Assembly (NCBI GenBank): GCA_010909165.1 | Contig: VJWM01000240.1 | Span: forward strand, 62,001 to 126,000 | Length of the DNA stretch: 64,000 nucleotides | Reading direction: 5' to 3' | DNA from: Anthoceros angustus | Lineage: Eukaryota; Plantae; Anthocerotophyta | Shown: in pieces, positions 58,001-64,000 of the stretch | Layout: every line of letters begins with the position of its first letter | Numbering within the stretch: position 1 is the first letter of the stretch | The notes under the pieces: generated by a model | Databases searched by the model: none | The model's input: only the letters and a program-made list of their open reading frames with translations | Told to the model about the DNA's origin: nothing | Made by a program: the position numbers and the translations under genes

Positions 58001-58505
58001 TTGAAGCTGTCGGCCAGTGGCCAGTCAGGAGACAGTTGTAAACCCCAGAGTCAGAGTGATGCTAGAAGCCAGAATTGTTCTATCCACAATGGAACTTCCG
58101 TCCTCACTCAATTCATTGCACTTCTGAAATTGTGGAGAGCACACAAAGTGAGGCCCACTGGCTACAAGAGAGACAAAATTGCACAGGAGAAGAAAGGAGG
58201 GAAAGGCAGTTGGAGCAATTAAGGATCTTGGTAGGTTACAAAATCTCAACAAGCAGATTAAGATTCACGACTGAACTGAAGTTTTTTCCTTTCGACAAGT
58301 AGATGCCTGGCGCCGTGATGTGGGCCTTTCACGGTATCTACATGCAGCTGAGAGACACCAAGCAGCAGCCAGCGGCCCTTACAGCATCTTGTCCCACAGT
58401 CATTTTTGTCAACGGCAGCAGAGCACACGACATGGTGAAACGCCGCGAGGTGTACAGCATCTACAATGAGCCAGATTGGTCGGGCCAGAGCAATGGTAAA
58501 TCACT

Positions 58506-59557
58506 TCACTTGGAGAAGGTGTCAAAGATGGTGGTGTGGAGAGGGTCACTTAGGTGCGTCGCCCAGTTGTCTAGCGGCCCGGTTCCGGTGGCAGCAGCTT
58601 GAACGGCAAATCCTAGCGCGGACACCATAGCCAACCTGGCATGCTTGATCTCCGCCAGCTTCAGAACCTCTTTCTTCTCGGGATCGGCAGCCAAGCCGAG
58701 CGGGTCGAAGTACTTGCCTCCCGGGTAGAGACGCTTTTCGCTGTCCAGCTCCGCATTCCTCTGGAACTCAATGTAGCCGATGACCAGAACCTCGATCCAA
58801 ACCAGTGCCGTGATGGAGAAGGGAAGGGGAAGGCCGAAGTAGGAGGAGCCGTCATCCAGCTCAACCTGCAGCGCAAGGAAACATTAATTCCAGATCAGTC
58901 AGCTCCACCCTCTCATGCCAGGGTTTAGGTCAGTCTCAGAGTTTATCACGCAAGGTTCCAGAAGCTTCTGGAAGCAGTGTTAGGCAATGCCATGGGAGTG
59001 AGAAAGAGTGTTACCTTTCCGGCATCCTGCCATGTCACTCCGGTGAAAGCCTCCACAGAGAGAGCTCCGAGGACAGCGAGCATGGCCCATCGGCCGTGGA
59101 TGAGCTCGCACTCCCTAAATCTTTGCAGGCCGAAGACCTCGCTGTAGGGTTGGAAGGGAGTAGGGTTGATGTCGGCCTTCTTGTCGAGGCGGGAGCCAAT
59201 TACATCTCCGGCCTGGTTCTTGGCCAGGTTCTGATTCAAGGAGTCCAGCTCGAATTGGAGGTATTCCGGGGGCTTGCCGAGGGAGAGCGGGTCGAAGCCG
59301 TAGTCGCCGACCAGGGAGCCATCGAGCCAGGAGGGAGCCTTGGCGCCGGGGAACCAGAGCGGGCGGTCGGAAGAGCCCTTGGACGACGCCTTCTTGGCCG
59401 CGGGCTTCACCTTCTTGGTGCCGCCGAAGCGGGCGGAGAAGCGGGAGCCATTGGAGGTGCCGAAAGCCCGGCACGCCGCGGCCTCCAGCGAGCCCAGCTC
59501 CCGCCCGGCGCAGAAGGGCGACGCCAGGGACGCGGCGGCGAGAGTGGAGGCCGCCAT
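58506..59557 (-). CDS. LHCB4: Chlorophyll a/b-binding protein CP29. Exons 59557-59015 and 58865-58506
   Basis: [27 protein letters not shown], the CP29-specific insert [10 protein letters not shown]...[28 protein letters not shown], and [14 protein letters not shown]. One phase-0 intron. Confidence 0.97.
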
Positions 59558-59694
59558 AGCCAGCCAAGAACGAGAGCTGCAGCGCGCGGGAAGATGCGCT
59601 TCCTTCGGTGTGTGTTGCTTCGCTGCGGACGCAGATGGAGTGGAAGTGTGGAGTTGCTCGGGAGAAGGAGACCTCCGGCCTCGCCCTCGCTACC

Positions 59695-59825
59695 CTCAAC
59701 GGATAGGGTAGCCGAGCCCTGTGATTGGAGCGCGTCCGGCCGAACCAACGCTGCCATTGGCTGCCTCAATCCAATGCCGATGCTATTGCCGCCGTGAAAT
59801 ATAACGTTGCACACGATTATCTCTC
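59695..59825 (-). promoter_or_regulatory. Candidate light-responsive Lhcb promoter motifs (CCAAT boxes, CGGATA, AACCAA, GATA)
   Basis: CGGATA at 59700, ATTGG at ~59724 and ~59756, and AACCAA at 59743, all within ~250 bp of the ATG. Confidence 0.35.
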
Positions 59826-61751
59826 GCTCCATGTGTGTGCTGAATATAACCACTCTCATTATCAGCACTAAATCCCTCCGCCTCGTTTGGTCTCAGAACA
59901 AAGTTCACGCTTTCACTCTTTTTGGAAGCCGGCAAACGAAAACGATGAGCATCCCGTCTAGGAGTGTGTGGTAGGAGTGCAATGTGCTGGAAATGAGAAG
60001 AAGAAGAACGAAAGAAACAACCGCCAGCTTGATACTCAAGCTCGGTCTTGTGAACTTCTCTTCAGGCACTGAAAGTACTCGTCAATGAACGCCAGAATTG
60101 GTTACAATCGGAACGCAATTGTTTTGATTACTATCTACGCGGAGCCAGAGTATTGAGGCAATGAAAAACATGGCCTCCATAGCATGGATTCGAGACTCCA
60201 AATCCTAGCTTCCTTGTTGATTCAAGTTCCAATCACCCTGCAGTGCCCTAATGTATGCAGTACTCCGTGTTTGTTGTGGGGTTGGCTCTGGTGGTTATGT
60301 ATGGTGGAATTAGATAAACGACGTCACCTCCATCTTGAAGCCTTTGGAGGCAATGATGTTGAGAGAACATGTACAGGTACAGTGTGCAGGGCAAACAATC
60401 CCAGCATTCGTTTATTTTTTTCATTTCTCGTTGCTCGATCTACAATGTAGGCTGATGATGCTGTGAGCAACAAGGCCTGCGTCGGGAAGTTTCTGATGAG
60501 ATCGGGGATCTGGAGGTTCCTGTTGCCCATGCTCCTTCTGCTACTGCTGTGCTCAAGGCTAGGTTTCTCTGCCGCTTTCCGAGCCTCGGCAGTCTAGTAC
60601 TCTATTTTCTCAGCTCTGTTTCTCTGATCTACCTACGTGCCTGATGCTGTGAAGGATCAAGACCTAGTTCAGGTTGCAGTGAAAAGCTGCACTGAGATCG
60701 GGAACCTCGTGGCTCGCACTACCTGAAATCCTACTCCTCTCCTGCATCTGGTGCACCCAAGCTAAGCTTCTCTGCTTCCTGCGCCAAAGCAGCAACATGT
60801 TCCCCCGGTTGTGCTGGAGATGCAACAGGATCTGCAGGATCTGCAGCTGCGGTGATGAGTTCTTGCTGCTGATGAACGTGGCCGAGTGCAGGCGGCTCCG
60901 ACTGAGCTCTGCTGCGGCAGTGTCTCCTCCTTCCGCCTACACAGTGAAGGCCGTGGCGGCCGGCGTGACAGGGAATCGGCTCTACCTCGGCGGCTTCCAT
61001 GGCGGCAGGTAGGTCAGGGTTTGCAGAAGCGAAGGCAACAAGCCAGGCCCGCAGCGCCGCGGTATGGAAGCCGCGAGAAGCGTCTCTGCCGAGGATGGAG
61101 CGTGGCAGGTGGTGCGCGCGGCGGCGGCCATGGCCGTGCTGAGAGCGAGGTCTCAGGATGTGGCCATGGCTATGGCTGTGGCTGTGTGCGTGGTGTCGGC
61201 CGCAGTGCGTGCTGCGAGGATGCGGGTGAGGATGGTGGATTCCGGGAGGCGGAACTGCCGCACCGACTGTCGAGGACACCATCTTCAAAGGTGAGGGATC
61301 TGGAGCTTCCAGAGAGGTGTGAGGATAAAAGTTCAGATCTGCTGGCTCGCTGATTCTCCGGGAGCTGTGAGGACAGATGTTCAGATCTGCTGGCTTGCGG
61401 GCTCCGCTCGCGTAGCGCAGGGTCTGCAGCTTTGTTCTGCACGGCTAGGGTGTGGCTGCGGCCGAGGTGACGCCGAGATGGACCTGCAAATTTCGTTGCC
61501 CTGGTATCTGTCTTCCTTGTCGCACGGGAGACGGTTCTCGTCGGAAGAATGTCTGCAGACTCTCGCAGGATGCCTCTTGTACTGCAAGAACGACGCGTTG
61601 CGTGCCGTGGACGCCAAGTTCCACCGCCACGTTCTTCACTACCGACACCAGGCAGGTTCCCGATTTATTATTATTCCCCTTTGCGTTGATGTTACATTTC
61701 GTTAAACGTCGTGTTAAGCTTCTCTGGTGCACACCTAATTAGGATTGATGT

Positions 61752-62255
61752 TCAGGACCTGTGATGACCCGCAGATTTGAGGGACATGCAAACCAGGCAC
61801 TGCGTTCGGCCCTCTCCCCGTCGAATCTCCCGCAGTTGATCGCGCAAGCTCTCCAGCTCCGCCTCCCTCGACTCCCGGGTCCGGAGCAGCTCGACGCTGA
61901 GATCGTCCAAGTTTCTCATTGCCCCTCGCAGCAGGCCCATGATGCGGGAAGCAAGTTCCGAGACGTTAACGCGCGGGTTGAAGACGTCGGCGCCGGCTGC
62001 CTGGGCCTCCAGCTCCTCCACGCTTCTCCAATCGGCGAGTGGCGGCAGCGGCGGCCTGTGCGGTCGTTCTATCTGCCGACGCCAGACATGTGGCGAAACA
62101 GAGAGGGTGGAGGCGTGGGGATCTTCGTCGGCATCGGCGCCAGCTAGGTCCTCAACATTTGCCTCAATACTTATGTGCCCGGATTGAGCTTCGTCATTCT
62201 CAGGTGAGAGCCCGGATGTGCCAGCTTCCCCCTGAGGCGGAGGATTGTTCTCCAT
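61752..62255 (-). pseudogene. Short coiled-coil ORF ending just after a lone CxxC; possible truncated RING-HC paralogue
   Basis: The helical segment ELASRIMGLL...REAELESLRDQLREIRRGEGRTQ is followed by CLVCMS and then a stop. No downstream RING half was found. Confidence 0.4.
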
Positions 62256-62908
62256 GGTGTCCTCCCCTGGTGCGGGAAGTCTCAGCTTCCTGATCGTGGG
62301 ACGCTTTGCCCAACTGGTACAACGCATTCTTGAATCCGATGGGCCCTCTGTGAAAGTGTGATAATTGTTTGCCTTCCAGGTTGCATGATATAGCTTGGTG
62401 TTTGCGAAACCGTTTCCCATCACGGCGGCTTCGTTTTCATGTTTCTGATATCATCAATCGCCAACGGGCTGCGGCTCGAATCGATCGGTTCATGAGCTTC
62501 CGCACCAGCTTTCACAACAGCTCCAGCGTTTTCTGGGCGGTCAGCTCGATCAGTTTGGACACATCGTACGGACTCCCAGAGGACGGTTGGGATTCCAGCA
62601 GTCATTGTGATGACCTGGAGAGGATCACCATACCACCGTGGACCCGGAGAATTTGAGAAATTGGACGACTGGAGAAATATTCCAACATATGGCCCACATT
62701 TACCTATCAGGAATCGAGATTTCACACACTGGAAAGCTCCAAAATAGAAAAAGGTTTTCACATAATGGTTGCGTGTTCTATTAGTAAAACGTTCTGTATC
62801 CAAAAAATGTAAAATATATATACTAAAAGACTACCAATTGACACACATATAACTTGATTTCTCAGATCAGCCTCTGCATAAGCCAAAAAATGAGATCATT
62901 ATCATATC

Positions 62909-63403
62909 TTAAATAAGCCACGGCATAGGACAAGAGTCCATTGGATTATCCTCATTTGGAAAATATTTATATGTAAAAACACATAAGGTTGAAGCGTACT
63001 TTCCTTCCAATCTATAGGGACAAAGTTCAATCATCAATTCATATCTTATATATCGTAAACATTCATAACATGCAGCTTTGGCCCTCATAGTTAGTGGAAA
63101 CTCTGCATTTCGGAATACTTCTTCTTGTAGTAGTGGTAAACAGTGAGCAGTGATGAGAAGGTCAGGTAATTGCATAGAATAATAAATGGGAGGCCATACA
63201 TTTCCTGCCAATTTAAGAGCTTTATTTGTTAATATCATCAATTTGTCTCGCTGTAAACTTGAAGGAGGTTCACCACATTCATGTGCTCTATATGAACCTC
63301 TATAGTGAGTCGGGTCTAGAAGATCAATAGCATCAACAATCACTGAATTATTTAAGATTAAATTTAAATATAAAATTCCACGTAGTATTGAAATAAATAA
63401 CAT
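62909..63403 (-). CDS. Secreted cysteine-rich protein, single Gnk2/DUF26-like domain (divergent), AT-rich and intronless
   Basis: Hydrophobic signal-like N-terminus. TAHC...CYECLRYIRYELMIELCPYRLEGKYASTLCVFTYKYFP parallels the DUF26 pattern AQC..C..CL....L...CP...G......C..RY..Y.F. Confidence 0.55.
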   Translation of the reverse strand: MLFISILRGILYLNLILNNSVIVDAIDLLDPTHYRGSYRAHECGEPPSSLQRDKLMILTNKALKLAGNVWPPIYYSMQLPDLLITAHCLPLLQEEVFRNAEFPLTMRAKAACYECLRYIRYELMIELCPYRLEGKYASTLCVFTYKYFPNEDNPMDSCPMPWLI

Positions 63404-64000
63404 GCTTGAACTCTTGAAGATATGAAAGCAAGAAAAAATAGCATTTGATGGATATCACCAAATGTTAAATGTCTTGTGCCTACTGTTCAACCACCTCACC
63501 ATTTTTTGCTATTAGTGTATATGAAATTCAACGTATAAAACATCTAATTTGCAACTATATTTAATTTGCTAAATTTTTATATTAAAATATTAATTTTTAA
63601 CATCGTATTGACTTATTAGAACTACATTTTTTTTTGAGATACTCATACTATTAAATATAAAAGAATATAAATAATGGAATCTTTTATTGCTTATAGTTTC
63701 TAGAAACATCTACTTATTAATTTAATATTATGTTTATAGAGCCTGCTTCTTTATCACTTCACATGTGTGGGTGCTGATCAAAAGGTAGCTAACTACACAA
63801 AATAGGTTAGTTCCCATTTTCTTTGTAATTGTTTATGGAGGATAAGCAAGTTTGACCTTAGGATAGAGTGCTGCTCATAAAGGGAGAACGGAAATGGAAC
63901 GGAAATCACGGATCCAATTTCCAAGTGTAATGGAACAGAAATCACGGATGTGTGCCTTAGTGATATGTGATGGCCACAACCTTTGTAGATCACGGATGTG

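Noticed and set aside
63865-64000. Repeated ATCACGGAT motifs at the window edge
   Set aside because: They may be subterminal repeats of an element continuing outside the window, but too little sequence is visible to call.

Overview
This is eukaryotic nuclear DNA from a land plant. GT-AG introns of about 70-300 bp, compact GC-rich genes, an Lhcb4/CP29 gene and PLS-type PPR relics support this. The style suggests a seed-free plant such as a hornwort or other bryophyte, but that is inference only. Well-supported genes are an intronless PMT/DUF248 methyltransferase, an intronless serine palmitoyltransferase LCB1, Elongator ELP1 (5 exons), the complex I ESSS/NDUFB11 subunit, an F-box protein, a conserved Arg/Ser-rich protein (6 exons), a plastid DnaJ-like Zn-finger protein, MED6 (5 exons), Lhcb4 and two tandem coiled-coil RING-HC proteins. 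Less certain are a truncated third RING-like ORF, an AT-rich orphan RING-H2 ORF and an AT-rich secreted Gnk2/DUF26-like ORF. The rest is transposon and repeat material: two large LTR/TRIM-like tandem blocks (1-3.7 kb and 41.1-47.7 kb), several relics of a CRE/SLACS-type RLE non-LTR element, two families of TA-flanked MITEs, two tRNA relics, two decayed ELP1 copies and many minisatellites. There is no CRISPR array or prokaryote-type system. The best candidates for undescribed biology are the coiled-coil RING cluster (shared unnamed helical domain, Met-cored heptad rod) and the two AT-rich orphan ORFs. All family assignments come from recalled motifs; no searches were run.
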